DNA of 64,000 bases from Candidatus Bathyarchaeia archaeon (GTDB lineage: Archaea > Thermoproteota > Bathyarchaeia > Bathyarchaeales > Bathycorpusculaceae), in assembly GCA_049512075.1 (NCBI GenBank), contig JBEKXL010000002.1:64001-128000 (forward strand), in the 5' to 3' direction. The notes below the pieces were generated by a model. The model did not search any database and had not been told where the DNA came from. It worked only from the letters and a program-made list of their open reading frames with translations. Below, in pieces: positions 10,501-19,172 of the stretch; the stretch's first letter is position 1, and every line of letters starts with the position of its first letter. The position numbers and the translations under genes were made by a program.

Positions 10501-10592
10501 CGAATACGCTTAGCTCTCATTAGTTTAACGATTTGCCGGTGTAGATTTTTCAACTCTTCAACTGCCGATCGCAACGGCATCGTTTCAGTCAC
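7572..10592 (-). CDS. UvrD/DNA helicase IV-like SF1 helicase with C-terminal topoisomerase-type Zn ribbons
   Basis: AGAGTGKS, VLVDEFQD, VGDDWQSI, TIHKSKG, EERRLFYVAITRA; internal KPDF...IEHFG nuclease-like insert; repeated CPxC motifs. Confidence 0.9.
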   Translation of the reverse strand: MTETMPLRSAVEELKNLHRQIVKLMRAKRIRRILKKIGIGRFIYRDVDQHILQYETQKALLTKNVESRIRDTLEVQRQQLKAIEAHHEFLSNEQEEKLLNLFGTFKADMEYLKPLNFLDSELISSTLSEIAQSRQFVIGYNEKLERNILKQKTMKLGETFLQAEKDFTSLYNRQQYFSKRELKSWKEQWRNLVPIAEQCKAKGVTEIDFQDSLDLVVSIHNDGERLLGERNKSYVEEEILKSELFEKIDGNTLTEEQKRAIVVDEANNLVVAGAGTGKSTTLLGKAFYIVSKGLAAPENILLIAFNKSVAKENEKKVNNKTGIKFTVKTFHSLGRGIIGKSKKDMPTLSPLAKDELASKSRILELIRNRMKEENFARLINDYFLWNFQMYRSIFEFNSLGEYYQYLRDNGTRALQGHRVESLEECEIANFLYVNGVNYIYEHPYKEKTSDAEHGQYKPDFTLPESGIYIEHFGIDENGGTAPWVPREKYIADMNWKVALHEKNETTLIKTFTYERQAGNLLKKLETELLRRGVVFAPLPSNQIFDKLNEMGKVNSLASLLSTFLNLFKSSGKSLETLKSEISPDDTRTKAFLDIFSVIYKDYEECLWQNGEIDFNDMINKATNLIEQNKYVSPFQYVLVDEFQDISQSRYRFLKALLNQNNSKLFCVGDDWQSINRFAGSDISIMTHFERYFGPSEIRLVQETHRFSDKLCDFSTRFILENSYQIRKQIISKKKDNKPAVTIVKEKTESALERIIQEINRDAQEKEKILILNRYEEIGKPSNIDELILNNPKLEIEYTTIHKSKGRTVHSVIVIGLRSGERGFPCQIENDPVLDLVKAKSENFPNAEERRLFYVAITRARKHVYLVVDEPFNVSTFVTEIENNGYEINTTGQKLKRSINCPVCTTGIIVRNEMRGWYECSNSPYCSYVPRSCPKCREDYSEGGNGFLYKDNSKYLCSNDKCSFQAKACPKCEDGYLVPRQDKYGRPFFGCVNYGTKGCRHTEEESI

Positions 10593-10899
10593 TGATTTTC
10601 AGGCCACCGCGATCCCCATTACATTTCTTATCTTATATTGAGTTTTCCAAATTAGCGTTAGTTAGCCCGCGCGCTAGCTCCACGCTAACGTACTGTTTCC
10701 TTGCTAACTAACTAACCCCCTACTGTGATCTCCATTATTGTTTATTTTTGGCCGTGTTTTGCAAAATTAGCCTAGTTAGCTGGTTAGCAAAGGATCAATA
10801 CTATACGAAGATGTATAGCACAACCTAAGCTAACTTGCTAACTAACCGTAAGGGTGGCAAAATCAGTGACCCGTAGAGTAGGTGACCATGGCATTGGTT

Positions 10900-10920
10900 G
10901 GTTGGGGTAAAGTTTACCCC
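10900..10920. repeat. Palindromic GGTTGGGGTAAAGTTTACCCC site, copy 1
   Basis: 17-bp palindrome at 10904-10920; second copy at 15490-15510. Confidence 0.75.
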
Positions 10921-11229
10921 TTAGAACGCACGCACGCTCTCTCGCTCTCTACTACTCTCTGCTTCTTACTCGCACAACACCATGCCCTTTACCTTCCAAC
11001 CTACCTACATATACATACCTACCTAGTGACACTCGCACGCTGTGCGAGTGTGATCATATAAAACGGGGGGAGAGGAGAGACACACGAGCACAAACACGCA
11101 CAAGAGAGAGACAAGACTATCTACGGCGGCTACTAGGTGTAGTTGTTTTCTGCTTTTGTGTGCTGCTACTACTATTAGTTAACCTAGTACACCTTGTTTT
11201 CTGACGCTCAAGCAAGCGTTGATTCTGAA

Positions 11230-11395
11230 TAGCGCGCTAGCGTGTTCCTAAATTCCCTTTTCTGGGCGTGACGAGTTGGTTCATGTCCTACAGACGATAC
11301 TTCTCGCATCAATAGTCACACGGTCATCCACGAACCAAGCGAGCCTATAACAAAAACCAGCTCGCGAATGAATTTAGGAACAGGCATGCGCGCTA
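11230..11395. mobile_element. 166-bp MITE-like element with 26-bp imperfect terminal inverted repeats
   Basis: TAGCGCGCTAGCGTGTTCCTAAATTC (11230-11255) matches the reverse complement of 11370-11395 (TAGCGCGCATGCCTGTTCCTAAATTC) at 23/26; no ORF inside. Confidence 0.55.
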
Positions 11396-11554
11396 GACAG
11401 CGGATTCTTCGACAATCTAGTAACCACTGACGACTTGAACGGCATAGACAACGACAAGGTGATCAGCATCATTCAGGACATCAAGAGCGATAGTCTGAAG
11501 GTTTCAAAAAGCGACAAATTCTCGAAACATCACTATGAGCTCTGCACAAATTAA
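11396..11554 (+). pseudogene. Orphan 3' gene fragment (52 codons)
   Basis: Protein-like open frame DSGFFDNLVTTDDLNG...ELCTN* begins at GCGCGCTAG; in-frame stop at 11375 and no start codon before the fragment. Confidence 0.35.
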
Positions 11555-11602
11555 GGGTCGAAACTCGCCCTAGTCAACCGCCTGAAACGCCTAGCGCGCG
11601 CA

Positions 11603-14600
11603 CTACTGTTGCGAGTGCTCTTGAGAGTACGAGAACCACCCAGTTGTTTTCGCTAGCCGGACTTTCAGTTCACAACCCTGCGTGCTCAGAACCCTCAGAT
11701 TGAGTTTTGTAGCCTTCACTTGGTCCTCTGTTCCAGCCATGAGTAACGCAAGCAATGCGTAGATCTTGCGGTATTCCAGACCAACAATGCCTTCCATGTA
11801 TTCTTGATCGTCTAGTGGAAACTTCAATTGATCCTTCCCCTCAAACGCTTCTATGAACCTCTCCACTTCCATTTTTGTCAGTTCGATCGGTGTCAGTGTT
11901 TCGCGATCCTTAAAATTACCGAAACTGAAAAGGGAATCACTTGGACTTGCGAACCTGAAGCAGTCAGGTTTCAGAAGCCTCAAATATGCGTTGTTCATGT
12001 CCATCATGAAGCGCATAGATTTTTGCAGGAAACTGTAAACATAATCTTGCTCAGGTGCTCCTATCGAATCTTCCTTCATATGCGCCACTCTTATATTGAA
12101 GTCAGCGAATGTGGCAAGATAACTGTCCAATTCTTGTTCACTCCCCTTAAAAATGGACGTGAATAAACAATTCCAGTTATGTCGTCCTTCCGGGCTACCA
12201 TGCATTCCTGTCATCAAATTCCTGTATTGCCCTCGATTCAATTGCTGAAACTCATTGCGGGACACTGAAAAACCTTTGGATGTCTCCTGTTCAATGTTCT
12301 TGGCTATGTACTTTCTGGAGTCTGCGTCAAGAAATCTCATTCTGTTCTCAAAGCTGCCATACAATATCGTGAAGACATTGTACAGAAAGGTCCGAAGTTT
12401 TCTCTCTGTTACCCTTGTCAATCTGCCAGCGACTTCGTCATATCGGTTCTCTCTCCACAAATCTCTACATTCATGAAGCAATCTTATCTCGTCATTTTTC
12501 AGACCAACTAAGGGTATGTGCAGCTGTTGGGATTTCTCATATTCTTCCTTAAAGAAGTTGAAGACCAATGGGAAAGCTTCTCGATAGATTGACACAACCT
12601 GGGCCACGAGTCTCCTTTTGTCTTCATATTCCAAAGCAACTGCCCTTGTGAACTGCTGTATAACTTCTGGTGACCACCAAAAATCCTTCCAGAAGGACAG
12701 AATCTGCAAATCACTACCTCCGATAGATCTTGGGATTTTCTCATATGCTTGATATGTAGTGGTCAGCTTTGCAAGCGAAGTCTTGCATCTTTCTACAAGT
12801 GCATTTGCTTCTTCTTCACTGTCTAGGTATTTGTAACCTGACTCTATTATTTCACAATGAAGATTTCGGGCACTCTCTAGATGCTCACGAACCAAATCGT
12901 GTTTCATCTTGGATAGCATAGCGTCAAGACTCTGGATTTCTTCACTTCTTAGTTTCAGTTTTCTTTTCTCCGCTTGAGATTCTACAAAGTACAGTCTTGG
13001 CAAATAATCCTCCAAAGACAAATTGTAACGTCGTATTATCTGCCCGTTCACATGTAGCAATTCTTTCGAGATTCTCCAGACTAGTCTGCCCTCATCCACT
13101 TTCCGTATGAGACCTGCACGGGCGAGTTGCTGAAGAAAAGGTGCCTCTTGTTCTCGAATCTCAGAGTCTGGCAAGCTTTTCCTCTCATATATGGACACGA
13201 GTACTTCAAAGCATCGTCTTTTTTGAGCCGGCTTGAGTCCTTTAGCTCCATACAAAAGCTTATTGATTTGCCTTCTTGCCGCGTCGTCCTTCTCCAAAAC
13301 TGATTTTATCTCTTCTAGTGTGCTTACAGGAATCTTGACGGGATTAGCACTGAGCGCATCAAAATGATTAGCCTCGAATTCATTGATGACCTCACGCATT
13401 ATTCTTCTGAATGTTATTTCCTGTCCATTGTACTGCAGTCCCTTGTAGATCTTCTCAATGAAACGACGTTCCAGCTGACGAGGATTATCAGGGTTTTTTG
13501 CAAACGCTCGCAATCTCCTGTTAATGGCGTCGTGTGCAATATCCATCTTCAGCGGAGGTATGCGTTCTAGTGCATGCACAGAGCCAGAGAAAAGTGGGTC
13601 GTTTGTCATCTTCTTCTCCCATTCAAGTGAACCAGCAACAAAAAAGGCAATGTTCAATTTGGATTCCCTACGCAGTTTCGATCCAAGCACCTGAAGGTGG
13701 CTCATAAATCTCATCGCCTTTTCCAGATCACCTTTGTGTAAATCATCGATGAAAACTACGAAACCTTTTGCGAAACGCTCAATCTTCTGATCAGCCAGCG
13801 CAATAAGAAGCTGTGCAATCGCCTTCTCATCATCTGAAGCATCTAAGGATGGCAGACCCCTACCCGTCAGGACAGAATACAAACGAATTAGTTCCGTGTT
13901 CAGTTGCCGTCTGAACTCAAAAACCAACTCGCGGACCTCAAACTCTCCTCCAAGCTGGATGTAAATTGGGTATATCCTGCAATCATATAGCAAAGGCTCG
14001 ACATATTCAAAGAAAGTTGTCTTTCCAGAACCAAATTGGCCAAAGACAACGATATTTCTGAAAAGGTCTTTCGGGTTCTTTTCAATCAGGGTCACATACT
14101 TGTTGAAAATCTCCGTCTTGCATACAACCTGATCATACAGGGCACGGTCAATTTCCTCAAGCCCTTCTAGTCGGTGAAAAGGGTCTTCCCTCAGACCTAG
14201 CTTATTCCACCAAGGCACATATGGTATGTCTAGATCTGAGGACTCTCCGTTTTCAGGTATTTCAGGAACCATGTAGTCTTCTTCATCTAGAATTGATGGA
14301 ACGGAAAAATATTGTTCTGTCCTTTCCGCAATCTCTTGATCCAATTCTTGGAGTTCTTCTTTCTTTTCTTGAATGACCTCCTCTCTAGCTTGTTTTTTAA
14401 ATTCCTCTTTCAGTTTCTCTCCATATTCTGCCTCTTTGATTTTTGACACGTCGACTAAAGGTTCGTTCTTCTCAAGTTTGAGGCGTAGCCTCTCACGATA
14501 ATAGGTCTTATTTGACACTTTATCTCTGAAAAAAGGCAGGGCCAGAATACTTTCGAGGTCACTCTCATTTCCAATCTGGGCGCTGTTAATCATTCCCTCC

Positions 14601-14767
14601 AGAATTTCTGCGGCAATGTCAGAGTCTTTGGGGACGCTCCGCTCTCTAGCGAATTTCAAGAAGAATTCCTGTTTGAGCCTTTTGAATACCTCAGCGGGAA
14701 AAGGATCGACTCGGAACATTGCCGAATTTCGCTTTATGAACAAACGAATGGCTTCGCGCCTGTCCAA
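11603..14767 (-). CDS. Large P-loop (STAND/AAA-like) NTPase with wHTH and possible Swt1/HEPN-like C-terminal region
   Basis: LGLREDPF pre-motif, Walker A GQFGSGKT, Walker B VVFIDD; LQQLARAGLIRK wHTH-like; ERKLRTFL...NIRVAH Swt1-like. Confidence 0.6.
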   Translation of the reverse strand: MDRREAIRLFIKRNSAMFRVDPFPAEVFKRLKQEFFLKFARERSVPKDSDIAAEILEGMINSAQIGNESDLESILALPFFRDKVSNKTYYRERLRLKLEKNEPLVDVSKIKEAEYGEKLKEEFKKQAREEVIQEKKEELQELDQEIAERTEQYFSVPSILDEEDYMVPEIPENGESSDLDIPYVPWWNKLGLREDPFHRLEGLEEIDRALYDQVVCKTEIFNKYVTLIEKNPKDLFRNIVVFGQFGSGKTTFFEYVEPLLYDCRIYPIYIQLGGEFEVRELVFEFRRQLNTELIRLYSVLTGRGLPSLDASDDEKAIAQLLIALADQKIERFAKGFVVFIDDLHKGDLEKAMRFMSHLQVLGSKLRRESKLNIAFFVAGSLEWEKKMTNDPLFSGSVHALERIPPLKMDIAHDAINRRLRAFAKNPDNPRQLERRFIEKIYKGLQYNGQEITFRRIMREVINEFEANHFDALSANPVKIPVSTLEEIKSVLEKDDAARRQINKLLYGAKGLKPAQKRRCFEVLVSIYERKSLPDSEIREQEAPFLQQLARAGLIRKVDEGRLVWRISKELLHVNGQIIRRYNLSLEDYLPRLYFVESQAEKRKLKLRSEEIQSLDAMLSKMKHDLVREHLESARNLHCEIIESGYKYLDSEEEANALVERCKTSLAKLTTTYQAYEKIPRSIGGSDLQILSFWKDFWWSPEVIQQFTRAVALEYEDKRRLVAQVVSIYREAFPLVFNFFKEEYEKSQQLHIPLVGLKNDEIRLLHECRDLWRENRYDEVAGRLTRVTERKLRTFLYNVFTILYGSFENRMRFLDADSRKYIAKNIEQETSKGFSVSRNEFQQLNRGQYRNLMTGMHGSPEGRHNWNCLFTSIFKGSEQELDSYLATFADFNIRVAHMKEDSIGAPEQDYVYSFLQKSMRFMMDMNNAYLRLLKPDCFRFASPSDSLFSFGNFKDRETLTPIELTKMEVERFIEAFEGKDQLKFPLDDQEYMEGIVGLEYRKIYALLALLMAGTEDQVKATKLNLRVLSTQGCELKVRLAKTTGWFSYSQEHSQQ

Positions 14768-15110
14768 GATATTCGCATCCTTAACTCATCAAAAGTTATA
14801 TCCGTTGTCGAATTTAAGGTTGTGGCAAGTGTGACCTGGAGCGCGCAGGCGTGCTAAACTCCGAAGAGTTATCATAACCGTATGAAGGATGTTTTATTTA
14901 TTTACGACCAAAACAACAACCCGTAAGAGAATCAGAGAAGATGTAAGGATTCGAATCCTCACCTTATACCAGAATCAATGTTGAGACCTGACTTGCAACC
15001 TAACTGAATTAAACTTGCGTGGGCTTTCATTTCTTAGTAAATTACAAGCAACAGTCGCGCGCGCTAGGCAATATTGCTATGAGAAAAAAGAAGGGGCAGA
15101 TATTTTTGTT

Positions 15111-15416
15111 CTATTTCAGGAAGAGTTTCGCGCTTTCTTCAAGAGTCATTACTGGAAAAACTTCATTGTTGTGGAGCGCCCCCCAAGCCATCATTTCAGG
15201 TTCCATCGAAAGTTTCATCAATGCCTCGAAGCTTGCATCCCACAAAAATACAAAGCGGTGATTTCCCCCATCATGCCATCCCCCGACAAGCTTAACACCG
15301 TGCTTCTTTGTTAGTTTATCCAGTTTTGCGCTGAGGTTGCTACTTGCCTTCATCGCTTTCTCATTGTTCAGCGGACAACTTTCAGGCGAATGTCTTGAAA
15401 TCTGCATAAAGAGCAT
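15111..15416 (-). CDS. Small ferredoxin-like-fold protein (DUF3303/GYD-like)
   Basis: HSPESCP motif, GVKLVGGW, terminal PVMTLEE. Confidence 0.55.
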   Translation of the reverse strand: MLFMQISRHSPESCPLNNEKAMKASSNLSAKLDKLTKKHGVKLVGGWHDGGNHRFVFLWDASFEALMKLSMEPEMMAWGALHNNEVFPVMTLEESAKLFLK

Positions 15417-15489
15417 AATACAACCTTCTAGGACAACTGTTTGCTTGTCTAAGTATATATAATGTTCGCATCGCGTCTTTGTGTGTGTG

Positions 15490-15510
15490 GGGGTTAAGTT
15501 TACCCCAACC
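15490..15510. repeat. Palindromic GGGGTTAAGTTTACCCCAACC site, copy 2
   Basis: 19/21 match to the reverse complement of 10900-10920. Confidence 0.75.
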
Positions 15511-15678
15511 CAAATTCTTAATCCACCACTCTCTTACACATACACTCACTCAGCGCGCACAGAAAGAGTCTCTAAGGCCAGCTAGGGCAGTAAAGTATCG
15601 AAAAGTAGTGCCTAAATATATATATGCTTGTAGCTTAAGAATGGCTCTGTAGTTAGTCAGTTGCAGGTTGGCTTGCAC

Positions 15679-16071
15679 ATGACCAAACCAGTTCACGTTG
15701 GCGAGTTGAGAGTCGGCGGGTACATGGTAATCGACGGCGAACCATGTCATATTGTTGACATAGACAAGTCGAAGCCGGGAAAGCACGGTTCAGCCAAGGC
15801 TAGAATAACGGCCGTAGGTGTTTGGGATGGGGTTAAGAGAAGCTTTGTGAAGCCTGTTGATCTTGGCGCGGAGGTGCCAATAATCGATAAGCGTACGGGC
15901 CAAGTGTTTGCAGTGAACCCGACCGGTGTTCAAATTATGGACCTAGAGACTTACGAGTACTTTGATGCTCCCTATCCGCAAGAAGAAGAGCTGAAGGCAA
16001 AACTGGCGCCCGGCGTGGAAATTGAGTATTGGCGGATACTCGGAAAAATGAAGATCATGAGAGCAAAATAG
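15679..16071 (+). CDS. eif5a: Translation factor aIF5A
   Basis: Hypusine motif SKPGKHGSAKAR. Confidence 0.97.
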   Translation: MTKPVHVGELRVGGYMVIDGEPCHIVDIDKSKPGKHGSAKARITAVGVWDGVKRSFVKPVDLGAEVPIIDKRTGQVFAVNPTGVQIMDLETYEYFDAPYPQEEELKAKLAPGVEIEYWRILGKMKIMRAK

Positions 16072-16127
16072 ATTGAAACTTCGGGTTTCCGTATTGCATT
16101 AATGATCCCTGTTCTCTGATGATGGCT

Positions 16128-16334
16128 TTATTCCCACCATTTCCACTTAAGTGCACTGAACAAGCTGTAGAGAGCCAGCAGGATTATTCCCCAACTTAAC
16201 GCGATTCCTGCGATTCTGAGCAAATCATTTAGTGTGTTGTTGTAGATTATGTAACCGCTTATTCCACACAGCCCGACTAGAACGAGAATGAAAATCGCGA
16301 TATGGATTGCTCTTTCGCCTGCCAGATTCCTCAC
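16128..16334 (-). CDS. Small two-TM membrane protein
   Basis: Two hydrophobic segments; no overlap with neighbouring genes. Confidence 0.55.
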   Translation of the reverse strand: MRNLAGERAIHIAIFILVLVGLCGISGYIIYNNTLNDLLRIAGIALSWGIILLALYSLFSALKWKWWE

Positions 16335-16507
16335 CCACTAAACTGTTCTAGTTCGTATCGTCTTTTGTTGTTAAAAGACTTTCGTCAAGGTTTATTTCAG
16401 CGTCTTACATATCGTGGTTTGAGGCCGATGATGCTAGAAGAGCCGTCGGATTTGTGAAGATAGTTAGGTGCTGAGGCTTCATTGCTGTTTCTGACGGAGA
16501 TTGTGTG

Positions 16508-16930
16508 TCAGCGTTTGCGGGGTAACTTGATTTCCAGGATTCCTTTCTTGTGTTGAATCTTCATTTTGTCCATGTTGACTGTTACTGGGATGCGGATCCA
16601 AGCATGGAATCTTTGAATCACGCCTTTCCTGTGTGTTATCCCAAGTTCGGTGAGACGTATTTTCTTCTTCATTTCAGCGAGTATCTCGAGAGAAGAACCA
16701 TCAACTGCTTTGACTTGAACGGTATCTTCCTTTGCGTAAGGTAAGTCAACTGTGACTATCACTTCTGTGGGCGTTACCGTTATTTCACGCAGAGGTTCTA
16801 TCGCGCAGGTTTTCAGATCCCAGCATGGTCTTTCACTCAGGGTTTCTCTGACCATGTCAGCCCATTTTTCCATATCTTCAAAGTACTCGTCTATCATGTC
16901 AGAAATTGACGCCTTCTTCCTAATGGACAC
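16508..16930 (-). CDS. Hsp20/alpha-crystallin family protein
   Basis: EPL...VTVDLP, KGILEIKL. Confidence 0.85.
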   Translation of the reverse strand: MSIRKKASISDMIDEYFEDMEKWADMVRETLSERPCWDLKTCAIEPLREITVTPTEVIVTVDLPYAKEDTVQVKAVDGSSLEILAEMKKKIRLTELGITHRKGVIQRFHAWIRIPVTVNMDKMKIQHKKGILEIKLPRKR

Positions 16931-16944
16931 CGGTCATCTCCTCC

Positions 16945-17691
16945 TTATGAAACGTACATTGGGATGTCGTATTCTTGGCCCTTCTTCATCTTTGTCATCT
17001 CTTCCTGAGTTCGTTTCATCACGTCTCTCGCTCTTAGTCGGATTTCCTCGCCTTTCTCCAACAATTTTGCAACGTTCACTTTCAATCCCGTTATCTTCGC
17101 GAGTTCCTTCAGAACTTCTGCCGCCGCCTCTGGATCTGGATAGTTGGGGAAACACTGAGCGAGCAGTGTTATGGCAGGTGATCCTGCTTCTGCAGCGCGT
17201 TGAAGCACAACTGCCTGGGGGCCAACCATGTATCCTTCTGTCAGAATCTCCAGGCCCTTTTCTTTAGCGGTCTTCAATGCCTCAGCGTTTGATGCTGCGG
17301 CGAAGGATTTCAGTTCTGTAACATCTTGTCTGTCTTGGATGGGCATTCCGCTGAGTGAAATCATCATTTTGACGTCTTTGCTCTTTGCCCAGTTAATTAG
17401 CGCGTCCATTATCGGATAGATCACGTCTGTGGGTATCGGTACTTCTGAGACCGCCAAGAGAGTGTCTTGGCCTGCGAAGATCCTTATCGAGGAGTGCGGT
17501 AAGCCCTCATGCAGAACGATGAGTGGCGGGAGTAGATTCGAATTCAGGTAGGCTACTTCAGTCAGTCCTAGCTCGTCGATTAAGTGTGAAGCAGCTATCA
17601 CTCCTACCAGTCCAACGTCTGGGAAAGCGAAAATTAAGGTGGCCCTAGGCGGTACGTTCTTTATCTCGATAATTTTGACTTCTTCATTCAA
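16945..17691 (-). CDS. Proteasome assembly chaperone (PAC2 family)
   Basis: FPDVGLVGVIA, YPDPEAAA, C-terminal MY. Confidence 0.9.
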   Translation of the reverse strand: MNEEVKIIEIKNVPPRATLIFAFPDVGLVGVIAASHLIDELGLTEVAYLNSNLLPPLIVLHEGLPHSSIRIFAGQDTLLAVSEVPIPTDVIYPIMDALINWAKSKDVKMMISLSGMPIQDRQDVTELKSFAAASNAEALKTAKEKGLEILTEGYMVGPQAVVLQRAAEAGSPAITLLAQCFPNYPDPEAAAEVLKELAKITGLKVNVAKLLEKGEEIRLRARDVMKRTQEEMTKMKKGQEYDIPMYVS

Positions 17692-17808
17692 ATTTATCCA
17701 CTCAAACCCCTCTAGAAGAAGTGTGAAATCTAAAAAGCTTACGGAAGCAGGGCCTGAAGAACGGAATAGCTATTAATGGCATGAAACGATGTAAATCTGG
17801 AGAAAAAC

Positions 17809-19143
17809 ATGTCTCTCGATCACCTGGGTTCGTCACTTTACGAAGCTTTGAAGAAGGTTTTCAAGGCTTCCGTTGTAGACGAAGCCACAGTCAAGGAGCT
17901 TGTGCATGATGTGCAGAAGGCTCTGCTCCAAGCGGATGTTAACGTTAAACTCGTGCTCGACATTTCCAAAAGAATAGAAGAAAGGGCACTGAAAGAAAAA
18001 GTTCCACCTGGCATTTCAAGACGCGAGCACGTGGTAAAAGTCGTCTATGAAGAGATGACGCGTTTCCTAGGAGAAAAGCCAGCTCCGATAAAAATGGAGC
18101 CGGGAAAGAGAAGAATAATAATGCTCGTCGGCATCCAGGGTTCTGGAAAGACAACTGCCGCAGCTAAACTGGCAAGATACTTTCAAAAGAGGGGCTTGAA
18201 GCCCGCTGTGATTTGCGCCGACACTTTTCGACCCGGCGCTTACGCTCAGCTTCAACAACTCGCAAACAGAATCAACATCCCCCTCTATGGGGACCTAAAA
18301 GCGAAAGATCCCGTTAAGGTCGTTACTGAAGGTTTGAAACAATTTGGCGACAAGGACATGGTCATAGTCGACACTTCCGGCCGTCATAAAGAGGAACACG
18401 AACTCATCAAAGAGATGAAGATGCTTGAGAGAAGCATCAAACCTGACGAAGTTATGCTCGTTATCGACGGAACAATTGGCCAGCAAGCGTTGGCCCAGGC
18501 CAAAGCCTTCAATGAAGCCACGCCCATTGGCTCGATACTCGTCACGAAACTCGATGGGTCTGCAAGGGGAGGCGGCGCTCTCTCTGCGGTAGCGGCCACC
18601 GGTGCGCCCATAAAGTTCATTGGCACCGGAGAAAAAACGGAGGACGTGGAGGCTTTCGTTCCTTCGCGTTTTGTTGGTCGTCTGCTTGGAATGGGTGACT
18701 TGGAAACGCTCCTTGACAAGGTGCGTGAGGCCGAGATAACTGTTCCAGAAAAGAAAGCCAAGGCTATCCTGAGTGGCAAATTCACGTTGACAGACATGTA
18801 TGAACAGTTCGAAGCTATGAAGGGAATGGGCACCTTCAAGAAACTCTTGAACTTGATTCCAGGAATGTCTTACAAAATCCCGGATGAAATGTTGAACACT
18901 GCTGAGGGCCGTTTGGAAAAGTGGCGCGTGATGATTCAGTCTATGACGGCAGCTGAGAAGGAGAACCCGAAAATCTTCAACGCTTCAAGGATGAAACGCG
19001 TAGCCAGGGGTTCTGGCACCAGCGAGAAAGAAGTGAAGGAGCTTCTGAAACAGTACACGATGATGCGACGCATGTTGAAGACGATGCGCAGACAAAAGAA
19101 ACTTCCCTTCTTCGGAAAAGGGCTGCCAGCGGGCCTCAAGTAG
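17809..19143 (+). CDS. srp54: Signal recognition particle protein SRP54
   Basis: GIQGSGKTT, DTSGR, TKLDG, M domain (RVARGSG). Confidence 0.98.
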   Translation: MSLDHLGSSLYEALKKVFKASVVDEATVKELVHDVQKALLQADVNVKLVLDISKRIEERALKEKVPPGISRREHVVKVVYEEMTRFLGEKPAPIKMEPGKRRIIMLVGIQGSGKTTAAAKLARYFQKRGLKPAVICADTFRPGAYAQLQQLANRINIPLYGDLKAKDPVKVVTEGLKQFGDKDMVIVDTSGRHKEEHELIKEMKMLERSIKPDEVMLVIDGTIGQQALAQAKAFNEATPIGSILVTKLDGSARGGGALSAVAATGAPIKFIGTGEKTEDVEAFVPSRFVGRLLGMGDLETLLDKVREAEITVPEKKAKAILSGKFTLTDMYEQFEAMKGMGTFKKLLNLIPGMSYKIPDEMLNTAEGRLEKWRVMIQSMTAAEKENPKIFNASRMKRVARGSGTSEKEVKELLKQYTMMRRMLKTMRRQKKLPFFGKGLPAGLK

Positions 19144-19172
19144 CAGTGCCAGATTCTCAGAAGGCATGTTGA

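Noticed and set aside
10661-10790. Integron attC sites (GCTAAC...GTTAGC)
   Set aside because: Core-like hexamers are present, but there is no extended stem with L boxes, no repetition after each gene, and no integron integrase.
14943-14971. tRNA 3' fragment or att site (AGGATTCGAATCCTCAC...CCA)
   Set aside because: T-loop-like only; stem register is off and no D or anticodon arms are visible. tRNAscan or BLAST against host tRNAs would be needed.
1-15560. Complete casposon or provirus
   Set aside because: No PolB, integrase, capsid or packaging genes, and no demonstrable TIR plus TSD pair enclosing cas1 within the window.
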